A stretch of DNA of 64,000 nucleotides from a virus (Duplodnaviria > Caudoviricetes). The DNA lies in IMG/VR virus record IMGVR_UViG_3300031993_000016, one strand, 5' to 3'. The translations under genes and the position numbers were made by a program. Shown here piece after piece: positions 41,454-50,793 of this stretch. The first letter of the stretch is position 1, and the number at the start of each line of letters is the position of its first letter. The notes under the pieces were generated by a model. That model was not told where the DNA came from. It made no database searches and was given only the letters and a program-made list of their open reading frames with translations.

Positions 41454-42371
41454 TTACACCTCCCATCCTAATGTAGTAAATATTTCAGGGTGATTAGCAT
41501 AGTCCTGATAGTTATCAAGTAACACAGGATTTAACGAATTGCACAGATTGTAGATGCTATACTGATCAAGATAGAGATCTTGTTTGTTATCTGTGCATAA
41601 TTTGTCTAAACCTTTGTCTAATAAGATATCCCACAGCACTACTGCATCTAGCGTCATATCTTGTGGACTATGATTCTTGCAGAATTGATACACCGGATAA
41701 GGTACTACATATTTGTTCTTAGCATCAGTAGTCGCAAGCGAATCAATCCAATTTTGAAACTCAAACTCAAATGATGCTACACTGTTATCGTGGATCGCTT
41801 TACCATACATGACCACCACACCTTGCACCCATTCTGGAAACTTTCGCATACTATACTTGAACGTGCTACCTGTGATAGTTTTATGAAATCTAGTTTCAAA
41901 CCAAGTCCACAATAGACTTGCACATCTCTGTGCATATATAGGACCTGATTTTGATGCGGCAGGTAACTGAGCTAAACATTCAGTATAGTTTGCAAACACT
42001 TTGCGTCGTAGATTGATTGAAAGTGCTGTTTGAGACGCTGTAGTTTCGGATGCTTGAAGTAATGCAGACGTTTCGGATCTTTGTGACTCTGCAGACCCTC
42101 TAGTGAAATCTTGTACTTTAGTTATCTGATACTCCATGTCATCTAATACATCAGATATAGTTGATGAACTTTCCCCGAATTCATCGCTATCATCTTTTAG
42201 TATCTCTTCCTGCAATATATCAGATATGAGTGCAACAACTTGATTACAGTTATCTGCAATTTCTCTCAACCTATCACGAGACTTAGTATAGAGCTTAGAC
42301 TCATTTGAAGATACTTCTTCAACATATGCAAGTAATTTTTCAACACTCTTTTTGGCACTATGAACATCCAC
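41454..42371 (-). CDS. Hypothetical protein (possible initiator, adjacent to putative origin)
   Basis: 305 aa, AGGAGG RBS, first gene of the replication operon. Confidence 0.6.
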   Translation of the reverse strand: MDVHSAKKSVEKLLAYVEEVSSNESKLYTKSRDRLREIADNCNQVVALISDILQEEILKDDSDEFGESSSTISDVLDDMEYQITKVQDFTRGSAESQRSETSALLQASETTASQTALSINLRRKVFANYTECLAQLPAASKSGPIYAQRCASLLWTWFETRFHKTITGSTFKYSMRKFPEWVQGVVVMYGKAIHDNSVASFEFEFQNWIDSLATTDAKNKYVVPYPVYQFCKNHSPQDMTLDAVVLWDILLDKGLDKLCTDNKQDLYLDQYSIYNLCNSLNPVLLDNYQDYANHPEIFTTLGWEV

Positions 42372-42439
42372 TGTTCTGTACCTCCTAACTAAGCAACTGG
42401 AACAATTAGTTCCGCATAACCTATAACGAATTTAGTACA

Positions 42440-42700
42440 ACAAAACGGGTGCGGCGTTAGAATGTGAGATTGTCCTCTTTCCACAGCTAGTGACTCACGA
42501 CGTAGTGTCTAGAACACTACCGGCTACTATAAAACTGGAACTGTGCGGAGGCGACAGGTGCGGCCGCCGTCTCCACCAGACAATCTCACATTCTAACGCC
42601 GCACCCGCTAGAAGTAATTTCTACGTGGACATGATAAACAGCAAGAATAAGTAAATGACAGATGATATCATGACCGAAATCTATTCTATTTAACCCTACA
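42440..42700 (-). ncRNA. Candidate structured ncRNA closed by a 29-bp perfect stem
   Basis: Inverted repeat 42446-42474/42579-42607, internal hairpins, TTTTG after the stem on the minus strand, upstream sigma-A promoter. Confidence 0.6.
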
Positions 42701-42705
42701 CCAAT

Positions 42706-42734
42706 AGTATATTATAACTTGACCAAGAAGTCAA
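42706..42734 (-). promoter_or_regulatory. Sigma-A promoter TTGACT-N17-TATACT
   Basis: Direct read; no RBS-supported ORF between it and the 29-bp stem. Confidence 0.7.
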
Positions 42735-42864
42735 TAGCTGATTTTAAGATTCTTTTAAAAAGTTTGACCTTACCCCATAGATTGATCTGTCGATTGTGCG
42801 TAGCGGTAAAATCTCAGTTTCAAAGAATGTCAATGCGTAGATCTTAAATTTTTACTATTGAGTG

Positions 42865-43165
42865 ATTTTTTAGTGAGGCGAACGAAGTGAGCTAGCGAGC
42901 TTTGCGAGCTATTTTTTAGTGAGGTTTGGAGGGCGCTTGCGAGCCACTACTGTGTGGCGAGCTTAATTAATATTAATTAATATTATTATTATTAAATTAA
43001 TATTAAAAGAATTAATATTATTAATATTGCGGCCTTAGATTTTTGGAGTAAAACGGGAAATATTCTGTATCACTTTTGCAACTTTTTGTCACTTTTTCTA
43101 CATCACTTTTGCAATTTTCTACCTAATTTTATATAAGTACTTTTGATATTAATCACTCACTTTAT
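42865..43165. other. Putative replication origin
   Basis: ATTTTTTAGTGAGG x2, GCGAGC x4, 66-nt tract with a single G (42963-43028), TCACTTTT x4; beside helicase/primase operon. Confidence 0.55.
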
Positions 43166-43412
43166 TAAACTTAAAAATTCCGGAGAAAATAAGTGTAAAA
43201 TATCAAATTGATATTATAAAATTTAACATAAATTATCAAAAGTTATTTAGAAAATCTAGCAGAACTTATCAGATTTTCACATGTAAAATCATCCGTTTTG
43301 CATCTTGAATTCAAGTATCAAATTTGCTATAATACATGTACATATTCTATATGAAATCATAAAATCGTTATAGAAAATACGCATAATTGTGTAGTATAAC
43401 ATGTAGGTTAGA

Positions 43413-44024
43413 TTGAATAATTCAAAGGAGGTCAATGATATGAATGAAACTTGGAAACACATTGATGGATTACCACTAGGATATGAAATATCCGATGCAG
43501 GTAACATAAGAGAGAATTATGGTGATCATTATGAAATAATGAGATTGTCTAAATCGGGCAAGTATTTGACGTTTTGTATACGAGGTAAACAGTTGTTAGT
43601 ACATAGACTAGTTGCTGATGCATTCTTGCCTAAACCAAACATACAGATAGGTAGGTGGGTAATACTACACTTAGATGGAGACACGCATAATAATGCAGTA
43701 ACTAATTTGCAGTGGATCAATGCTGTAGATCTATATTTTACAAAGGCTCATAATGAATGTATTATAAGATGTATAGAAGATCAGCTCACATTCAATTCAA
43801 TACAGACTGCAAGTGCATTTTATGGTATTCCTACATATACTTTGACAGCATGTATAGATGCAGATACAAGCATATGCGGATTACATTTTCAGCGTATGCC
43901 GTCTATAGAAGTTAAGGACTGCGATATTATAGCATCCGGATCGCAAATCACACACATCTTAGCAAATATGTCATATGTCGATCTTGCAGAACTGCAAACA
44001 GCGATGAAACAGTTGAACAAATAA
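43413..44024 (+). CDS. NUMOD4-HNH endonuclease (probable start 43440)
   Basis: ETWKHI...YEISDAG, VHRLVA.AF, HLDGD.HNN..NLQW; AAGGAGG RBS. Confidence 0.8.
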   Translation: MNNSKEVNDMNETWKHIDGLPLGYEISDAGNIRENYGDHYEIMRLSKSGKYLTFCIRGKQLLVHRLVADAFLPKPNIQIGRWVILHLDGDTHNNAVTNLQWINAVDLYFTKAHNECIIRCIEDQLTFNSIQTASAFYGIPTYTLTACIDADTSICGLHFQRMPSIEVKDCDIIASGSQITHILANMSYVDLAELQTAMKQLNK

Positions 44025-44040
44025 TCTAAGAATCTGTTCA

Positions 44041-44071
44041 AGCCTGCCATTAACTTGGTGGGCTCATTTTT
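44041..44071 (+). terminator. Intrinsic terminator
   Basis: AGCCTGCCA...TGGTGGGCT then TTTTT. Confidence 0.65.
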
Positions 44072-44107
44072 ATGAAAAAAAATTCGTTAAATTTAATAAG
44101 AAACCAG

Positions 44108-44136
44108 TTGATTTTTGTCTATTTTTATTATATATT
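44108..44136 (+). promoter_or_regulatory. Sigma-A promoter TTGATT-N17-TATATT
   Basis: Direct read upstream of 44322..45113. Confidence 0.6.
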
Positions 44137-44321
44137 AATAATGTAGACAGTTTTACATATTTCTACTATTCTATGATCTATACCCACAACCCTACAATTC
44201 AAAAAAAATATTTTTCCCACAATTTTTAACAGTTCATGTGCGAGTGAGCACCTGCTGTAAAGTTAATCTGTGTACTTCACGGAAATAATATGTAAAGTTT
44301 TGAGTAAAGGAAGTAACCGAG

Positions 44322-45113
44322 ATGGCAACAAATGTGGCGAACAACAATGCGTATATTAAGCAGCGTACTTTAGAAATCTATGAATCTATGCCCCAAGATA
44401 AAGCACTTCGTATGAATTGTCTTAAGGAGCGAGATGAGATCATAGAACTAAATTACGCGTTTTTTGGTTTTATAGCAACACATACATTTATCAACAATAC
44501 CACAGTAACTTATGAAGATAAGCTACAATCAGCACTTTTACACTTCTGTGAATGTTTCTGGTGGTATAAATGGAAGGGTGACGAAACGCACAAAGCATAT
44601 AGAGATGACCTCGCATTTACTGTGTTTTTCAAACCCCGTATAGGTGAAATGATAGAGCGAGAGTTGAATGAAGTTAAATATTCAATTCGTCGCTCTTTAT
44701 GTATGGAAGTTGGTGATATGATAGGTAAACATTGGGGCAAAGTAACTTATGAAGATTTATCTGACCCTCGTGTTAATTTATCTGCTGAAAAAATGACATC
44801 ATTGAAAGCAATATTCGGTGTATTATACACAGCAGATCTAGACGAGCATGCATTATTTATTTCATCACCAAATGTTAATAACTGCTCAGGATTGATTACA
44901 GATAAGTATAACACCATACAAGAACTGCTTATACAAGAAATGATCGCAGAAGAATCTAAATTAGATGATAAGCACCTTAAAGAGATGTCAGAAATCTATG
45001 ATGTAGATATGTATATACTTAAAGCAAATTTACCGCAAGCTGAAAACACGCTTTATTGCAGATTAAAAGCACAGCGTGATTTGCGAGATGCTTTTGAAGG
45101 TGATATTGAGTAA
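44322..45113 (+). CDS. Phage sigma-70-family factor
   Basis: RDEIIELNYAFFGFIA...YEDKLQSA...FTVFFKPRIGEMIEREL...SIR aligns to sigma regions 2.1-2.4. Confidence 0.7.
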   Translation: MATNVANNNAYIKQRTLEIYESMPQDKALRMNCLKERDEIIELNYAFFGFIATHTFINNTTVTYEDKLQSALLHFCECFWWYKWKGDETHKAYRDDLAFTVFFKPRIGEMIERELNEVKYSIRRSLCMEVGDMIGKHWGKVTYEDLSDPRVNLSAEKMTSLKAIFGVLYTADLDEHALFISSPNVNNCSGLITDKYNTIQELLIQEMIAEESKLDDKHLKEMSEIYDVDMYILKANLPQAENTLYCRLKAQRDLRDAFEGDIE

Positions 45114-45119
45114 CAATGC

Positions 45120-45158
45120 AAAAGCGACGAATACTTTCGCCCTAGTATTCGCCGCTTT
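45120..45158. terminator. Bidirectional terminator between convergent genes
   Basis: AAAGCGACGAATACT...AGTATTCGCCGCTTT. Confidence 0.75.
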
Positions 45159-45189
45159 CGTATATCTCAAATATGGCAATTAAGATCGT

Positions 45190-45651
45190 TTAGAGTAGAT
45201 CAAGTTCTTGCGCATCTTCTACTATCTGATAAAGATGATGACCGGCATTAAGTAATTCAATAGCTGCATCATCAATGTCTACCGAAGGTGAGATCTCATA
45301 TTTGCTGAGATATCTTTTTATGATAGTATCATCAGCCTCAACTACGTAACCTGCTTCATATAGTGTGTTGAATCCAAAATCCTCTAATGCAAGTTCTGGA
45401 TCAACTTCTTCGCCTAATATGTTAATTCCATATCCATCAGTTACACATAAGACGAAGTCATCGCCTATCATCTCAGACCCATACAGATGACTTAAATCAA
45501 ATGCATTGAATCCACCTTCGTTTACAAGATATTTCATAACAATATTACTATCATTTTCATATACTGACTTAAGAGCATCTTCAGTTATAATGTAAAAGGT
45601 TGTACCTATCTGCTCTGCTTCTTGTATATCTGCACCAAGTACTGTTCTCAT
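45190..45651 (-). CDS. Hypothetical acidic protein
   Basis: GAGGT RBS; 153 aa. Confidence 0.6.
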   Translation of the reverse strand: MRTVLGADIQEAEQIGTTFYIITEDALKSVYENDSNIVMKYLVNEGGFNAFDLSHLYGSEMIGDDFVLCVTDGYGINILGEEVDPELALEDFGFNTLYEAGYVVEADDTIIKRYLSKYEISPSVDIDDAAIELLNAGHHLYQIVEDAQELDLL

Positions 45652-45666
45652 ATTTATTACCTCACT

Positions 45667-46053
45667 TTATGAATTAACTCCGCCTTTTTGTTTTGTTCGC
45701 TTATCTCCAGTGAGTTTAGCGAATGGATATTTACCTCTAATGTACTGCCAAAACGAATGACCCTTTGAAGGAGCGCTTATTAACTTTCTATATATGATAA
45801 TTGGAACATCGAAGTATACGTATACATCACCAGCCCCACCATTGTTACCTTTAAACTGAATATACAAATTGCAGGTTTTGTCTTCAGCACGTTTTATATC
45901 TACACAATATGACCAGATGTTAGATGAATTAACACGGATCATATTCTTTGTAATTTCACGAGAAGACATACCAGCTTTAATAACTTGTTTATCTATGATA
46001 TCACAAGTAGCAATCTTCAATATTTCTACTTTCGGGTTTCGGGTTATCTGCAT
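45667..46053 (-). CDS. KTSC-domain protein
   Basis: VNSSNI...LYIQF..YVYFDVP..Y..L..APSKG.....IRGKY. Confidence 0.8.
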   Translation of the reverse strand: MQITRNPKVEILKIATCDIIDKQVIKAGMSSREITKNMIRVNSSNIWSYCVDIKRAEDKTCNLYIQFKGNNGGAGDVYVYFDVPIIIYRKLISAPSKGHSFWQYIRGKYPFAKLTGDKRTKQKGGVNS

Positions 46054-46062
46054 AACAGCTCC

Positions 46063-46482
46063 TTATCTCGATAACATATCATATAATTCATCTGTATCAC
46101 TTCTGTCAGCTACACGATATGTAACACCATCCTTAACATGAGTACTGCGTTCACAGGACGGAGAATAAATAGTATAGCCCATTTTCTTGAATCTCTTATA
46201 AATATCGCTATTCCACCAATCCGGTATTACATATTTTGGAGAATAGATAGTATTTGGTTCAATAGCTTTTACAAACGTTGCAGGAACTTTTACAACTCTG
46301 TCAGATAATCCATATATGTATAATGTACCTTCAAATGAATCATCATATACATATAATGTCTCATAGTTTCTAGCTTTCCAATCAGTGTTGTTCCAGATTT
46401 CAATATCAGCATCTGACCACTCACTAAGGTCTGCACGTTCCCATGGATCATATGTATATGTTGATTTTATATATCGTTTCAT
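46063..46482 (-). CDS. MKRYIKS-leader protein
   Basis: AGGAGG RBS places the start at 46482. Confidence 0.65.
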   Translation of the reverse strand: MKRYIKSTYTYDPWERADLSEWSDADIEIWNNTDWKARNYETLYVYDDSFEGTLYIYGLSDRVVKVPATFVKAIEPNTIYSPKYVIPDWWNSDIYKRFKKMGYTIYSPSCERSTHVKDGVTYRVADRSDTDELYDMLSR

Positions 46483-46731
46483 TCTGTACCTCCTACTTAT
46501 CAATTATCATGTTCATCACAGTTGTGAAATGATAATGCTGCATATCTTCATCGTTCTTGTTATCTACATCTATCATAATTAAATAAGGTTCTTTTACAAA
46601 GAAATAGCAGGTAAACTTTATATTATTATTTCAAAAATATAAATAATTATAAATTTTTATAAATATTTAACCTTTTATTTTTATGAACTCATCAAAATAT
46701 ATATGTATCTACAAATGAAAGGAATGATATA

Positions 46732-47349
46732 ATGCGAGCAAAAGAAGCATTAGAACTTTTACAAGTTCATCGTGTTACTCTTAATAGATATGTACGTGAA
46801 GGCGTTATTAGAGTAACAAAATTATCAAATGGTAGATATGAATATAATGATGAAGATGTGCTTAGATTCATAGGTAAGAAGCAAAAAACACATAGTACTA
46901 AAGTAATTTCATATTCAAGAGTATCTACACAATCACAAAAATCACAATTAAAAGAACAAACACAAAGAATTTATGATAGTTGTACTTCAAGAGGTCTTAC
47001 CTTAGATGAACAATATGAAGATATCGGTTCTGGTATGTCATCTGACAGAAAAAACTTTAATAAAATCTGCCAAATGATATTTCACGGTGATGTTGAATTG
47101 TTAATTATTGAAAATAAAGACCGTCTTGTTCGTTTTGGTTTCGATATGCTTGAAAAGTTTTTTAGTTATTTTGGTTGTAAGATACTTGTTTTAAATGACT
47201 CAATAGAAAATAAATCTTATGAACAAGAACTTACAGATGACCTTATATCTGTTATTCATTATTTTACAATGAAATCCTATTCACACAGGCGTAAATTAAA
47301 TAAACTAAGAAGGGAACTAGAGAATGAAACAAAATCTAATAACTCTTAA
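46732..47349 (+). CDS. tnpA: IS607 serine-recombinase transposase
   Basis: N-terminal MerR-like HTH, YSRVST, DIGSG, KDRLVRFGF, ELTDDL. Confidence 0.92.
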   Translation: MRAKEALELLQVHRVTLNRYVREGVIRVTKLSNGRYEYNDEDVLRFIGKKQKTHSTKVISYSRVSTQSQKSQLKEQTQRIYDSCTSRGLTLDEQYEDIGSGMSSDRKNFNKICQMIFHGDVELLIIENKDRLVRFGFDMLEKFFSYFGCKILVLNDSIENKSYEQELTDDLISVIHYFTMKSYSHRRKLNKLRRELENETKSNNS

Positions 47350-48700
47350 AATTAAATATTCTTGTAATACTTCAATTTTAGATGTTATTAGACAGTATAA
47401 TTCTGTACTTAAATTCACTTATAATCGATTAGTAGAGAATTCAAAATTAAAAACTTCTGAAATTACGCAGTTACAGAAAAATCTTAATAATTGTGATTTA
47501 ATAGGGTCTCATTTAAGAAATTCAGCTATATATGATGCAAAATCTTTAGTAGAGCATTCTGATAAACATATTATTTTTGGTGGTAAGTGTCTTTTTAAGC
47601 AAAGATGTCAGCATAAAATAGATAAAGATGAATTTTTGCTTAAACGATTAAGACCAATAAATTCAATAGGTGAAGCAAATCAGAAAGCAAATCGCCTATT
47701 TGATATAGTAAACAATCAAACTATTATGTTTAAGTTGAATAGGCAGCAACACTTTGAATTAAAATTACAACAAGTAGGCACTAAAAGACTCAAAGAACTC
47801 AATAGGCTAATAGAACTGCAAAATAACAAACAAGTTGCAATAACTTATAAATTAGATTTGGATTATGTTTATCTTATTTTTGATTATAACTCATTAAAAA
47901 CTTATGATTATAAAGTTAAATTTAATAGAGTTATGGCAATAGATTTAAATCCAAATAGTATAGGTTGGTCAATTGTTGACTGGTTTGCTGAAAATAAATA
48001 CACTATGATTCAGTCAGGTACTTTTAGTCTTAAACCACTTAATGATTATAGAAATTCTAAATCAGTTGCATCTGATAGTAATTTTCATAAATACATAACA
48101 AATAAGCGTAACTATGAAATTATACATATTGCTAAAGACTTATTTACCTTATGTAGGCATTATCATTGTGAGATATTTTCTATTGAAGACTTAAATATAA
48201 AAGCTTCTGATAAGAAATTAGGTCGTGATTTTAATAGATTAGTAAATAATAATTGGAATAGAAATCTTTTAGTTAACCAAATAAAGAAACATATAAATTC
48301 AAGTTCTACTACTTTAGTAGAAGTACAGCCACAATACAATTCTTATATAGGTAATCTTGTTTTTAGACAAGAACATTTACCAGATGAATGTTTAGCCTCT
48401 ATTGAGATAGGTAGGCGAGGATTTGAATTTGCAACACAGTATATTTTTAGTAGACGATCGCATCAAAAGACAGTTATTTATCCAAAACTAGAGTTAGTTA
48501 AAAATCAACTTACCTTATCGTTGGAAGAATTAGGTATCGATATTCCTAACTTAGAATCTTGGAAAAATATTTTGTCTGCGGTCAAAGAATCGAAAGTGAA
48601 ATATCGGTTCTCTACTTCTGAAGCACAGATTTATCATTCAGAAGGTCTTTTTAGTAAGTTTTATAAATATAAATACTTAAAAATTTATGTATATTTATAA
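47324..48700 (+). CDS. tnpB: TnpB RNA-guided nuclease (Zn-finger-less type)
   Basis: RuvC-I AIDLN, RuvC-II IEDL, then VQPQYNSYIG...PDECLASIEIGRRG without CxxC pairs. Confidence 0.85.
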   Translation: MKQNLITLKIKYSCNTSILDVIRQYNSVLKFTYNRLVENSKLKTSEITQLQKNLNNCDLIGSHLRNSAIYDAKSLVEHSDKHIIFGGKCLFKQRCQHKIDKDEFLLKRLRPINSIGEANQKANRLFDIVNNQTIMFKLNRQQHFELKLQQVGTKRLKELNRLIELQNNKQVAITYKLDLDYVYLIFDYNSLKTYDYKVKFNRVMAIDLNPNSIGWSIVDWFAENKYTMIQSGTFSLKPLNDYRNSKSVASDSNFHKYITNKRNYEIIHIAKDLFTLCRHYHCEIFSIEDLNIKASDKKLGRDFNRLVNNNWNRNLLVNQIKKHINSSSTTLVEVQPQYNSYIGNLVFRQEHLPDECLASIEIGRRGFEFATQYIFSRRSHQKTVIYPKLELVKNQLTLSLEELGIDIPNLESWKNILSAVKESKVKYRFSTSEAQIYHSEGLFSKFYKYKYLKIYVYL

Positions 48701-48751
48701 AAATTTATAAAACTTATATTTTAGCTTACCTGCTTACTATAACGATTTGTG

Positions 48752-50224
48752 TTACATTGCGATTCTCGTGTAGTAATCTTTCCAAGGGAGGCATCGTTCA
48801 ACAGTGCCTGCAACTGTATAAATGTCTTCATCAAAGTATCTTCGGCCAACAATCTGTACACCTATTGGCAAGTTATTATCACCTAACCCGGCAGGGACTG
48901 AAGCAGCTGGATTTCCGGTCATATTCTGCAACCATGTTTGGCAGAACCCGATAAGTTCTTCGCAATCGCTTCCAGGACTATTCGGATTAGAAGAAGGCCC
49001 TTTAGTATCTTCATCTTCATTCTTAACAGGCATACATGATGTTACTGGAGAAATAATAATATCATAATTATTAAGAATGGCTAAATTAGCATCTAGGATG
49101 TCTGTTCTAATATCATGGAACTTTCTATAATCCATCATAGTAGAATTAAATGCGAGGTTGACCCATTTAATCATCTGTTCTGGTAGATCTTCTGCATGAT
49201 CACCGATCAAGTCAAATCCAGTTTGTTTCATTAATTCTAAATCCACAGCGCTATCTACACTGATACTACGAAGCCAAGCTTCTTCCATCGCTTCGAGGCT
49301 GTGATTGAATTTAAAGTTAACATAATCTACAAAAGCGCCCTCATCTTTTAAAACAGCTGCAACAGAATCCACCGCTTTCTTAATCTGCGGATCTACGTTA
49401 GGAAAAATATCATAATCATAAGTAACTGCAATTTTCTTTCCTTGTAAACTTGCATGTATAGCTGCACTGAATGATTTATGTGCTAAAGGCACACTGATTG
49501 GATCTTTTGGATCATATTTCATCATCTGCTCTACAATCAATGCAGAATCTAAAACAGTTCTAGCTGTAGGTCCATCACAGCAATAAGGATGCGTAGCTGC
49601 CCAAGCATCAGGCCTGCAGACACTCGGTACAAGTCCTGCGGAGGGTTTGAACCCAAATGTACTGCACCATGCAGATGGAACACGTGTACTGCCTCCAGCA
49701 TCACCACAACTAGCAAGTGGGACTAAACGACCTCCTACAGCAGCACAGCTACCTCCAGAAGATCCACCTGAGTTATATTCTAAGTTAAATGGATTACAAG
49801 TATTCCCATACATCTTGTTATATGTAGTTCCTCTGAATCCAAAAGACGGTGCATTTGTTTTACCGATCGCAATACAGCCGAGTTTATTAGCAGCTTTCCA
49901 AAATGTACAGTCTTCTGTATCAACTGTTATAAATGATTTAACTCCACCATGGCTTGCAGTCCACCCCTTTTTCGCAGGTAGAAAGTCCTTAAGTCCAACA
50001 GGTACGCCTGCAAATGGCCCTACGTCTTCACCATGCATAATTCGCTGCTCAAGTTTTTCTGCTTCTTCTAGTGCTTCATCAAATTTTGTATACGTGAATG
50101 CATTAAGTTTTGGATTGAATGCTTCTATCCTATCTGCAAAGTACTTGATTACTTCTTTAGGTGAAATCTGTTTAGTATTAACTAACCCACCTAATTCAAC
50201 TCCGCTTAATTTTTCGAGTTCCAT
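48752..50224 (-). CDS. Amidase signature family enzyme (GatA-like fold)
   Basis: GVPVGLKD, GKTN, GGSSGGS, DAGGSTRVPS, LPIGVQIVG; Lys-Ser-Ser triad intact. Confidence 0.92.
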   Translation of the reverse strand: MELEKLSGVELGGLVNTKQISPKEVIKYFADRIEAFNPKLNAFTYTKFDEALEEAEKLEQRIMHGEDVGPFAGVPVGLKDFLPAKKGWTASHGGVKSFITVDTEDCTFWKAANKLGCIAIGKTNAPSFGFRGTTYNKMYGNTCNPFNLEYNSGGSSGGSCAAVGGRLVPLASCGDAGGSTRVPSAWCSTFGFKPSAGLVPSVCRPDAWAATHPYCCDGPTARTVLDSALIVEQMMKYDPKDPISVPLAHKSFSAAIHASLQGKKIAVTYDYDIFPNVDPQIKKAVDSVAAVLKDEGAFVDYVNFKFNHSLEAMEEAWLRSISVDSAVDLELMKQTGFDLIGDHAEDLPEQMIKWVNLAFNSTMMDYRKFHDIRTDILDANLAILNNYDIIISPVTSCMPVKNEDEDTKGPSSNPNSPGSDCEELIGFCQTWLQNMTGNPAASVPAGLGDNNLPIGVQIVGRRYFDEDIYTVAGTVERCLPWKDYYTRIAM

Positions 50225-50226
50225 TT

Positions 50227-50505
50227 CTACGCCTCCTTGTCAGCTTCAACTATTGTTTCTGCATTTCTAATAGCCTTAAGTGAATAGCCCTCATTTGGGC
50301 TTTCCATAGTAGAACATTGCCAGCAATTATCATCGAATATATCTTGATTTAATTTACTTACATCAATCAATCTTCCATGTCCTTTTGGAAGTGATGTACC
50401 GTGTATGATAGCTTTGACGATATAATCGTATTCGCTATCGAATATCTTGTTGTACTCACTGATATGTTCATAGATGCGATCTGATATGTCTATTACTATC
50501 TGCAT
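50227..50505 (-). CDS. Hypothetical phage protein
   Basis: HGRLID...IRNAETIVEAD motif, common in Clostridia phages. Confidence 0.6.
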   Translation of the reverse strand: MQIVIDISDRIYEHISEYNKIFDSEYDYIVKAIIHGTSLPKGHGRLIDVSKLNQDIFDDNCWQCSTMESPNEGYSLKAIRNAETIVEADKEA

Positions 50506-50529
50506 ACAGTTTTCTCCTTTCTCCTACAT

Positions 50530-50793
50530 TTACAGTAATTCATCAATCATCCTAAGCACATTTTCAAGTCGAATTCGTTTCTTTTCTGCACGAGGATCAT
50601 CACCCAACACTTCAATAGCGTCAATCAAATCATCACGTTCATTAGCTAATCTGCGAATCTTATCTTGCCGTTTTCTATATTCTTCAGAAGTTTCACCTCG
50701 TGTTATAGCTTCCATAGCTTGAGCTAATGTTAAATATCTTTTCATGTGCTTAACTCCAATCATCATAGAAATCTCTGTCAAATGTAGTTTCAT
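50530..50793 (-). CDS. Hypothetical protein (probable start MKRYL near 50745)
   Basis: GGAG RBS; short coiled coil. Confidence 0.5.
   Translation of the reverse strand: MKLHLTEISMMIGVKHMKRYLTLAQAMEAITRGETSEEYRKRQDKIRRLANERDDLIDAIEVLGDDPRAEKKRIRLENVLRMIDELL

Larger units (their letters stand above)
46618..48720 (+). mobile_element. IS607-family element (tnpA + tnpB)
   Basis: Lower GC and opposite strand; TTATATT at both junctions; 20-bp subterminal inverted repeat 46647-46666/48691-48710. Confidence 0.85.

Noticed and set aside
42446-42607. Retron msr-msd suggested by terminal inverted repeats
   Set aside because: No reverse transcriptase in the window and no branching-G context that I could support.
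42621-42671. Hydrophobic 16-aa ORF MISSVIYLFLLFIMST (type I toxin-like) on the minus strand
   Set aside because: No Shine-Dalgarno and too short to support; noted only as a possibility within the candidate ncRNA.
44140-44320. tRNA or known RNA in the long leader of the plus-strand sigma gene
   Set aside because: Only short hairpins and CCCACAA repeats; no cloverleaf or T-loop consensus found.
46606-48734. AGCAGGTAA/TTACCTGCT as IS terminal inverted repeats
   Set aside because: Better explained as the two arms of the pre-existing terminator hairpin that was interrupted.
49647-50270. 207-aa plus-strand ORF and the other short plus-strand ORFs opposite real genes
   Set aside because: Antisense shadows of well-supported minus-strand genes, with no RBS or motifs.
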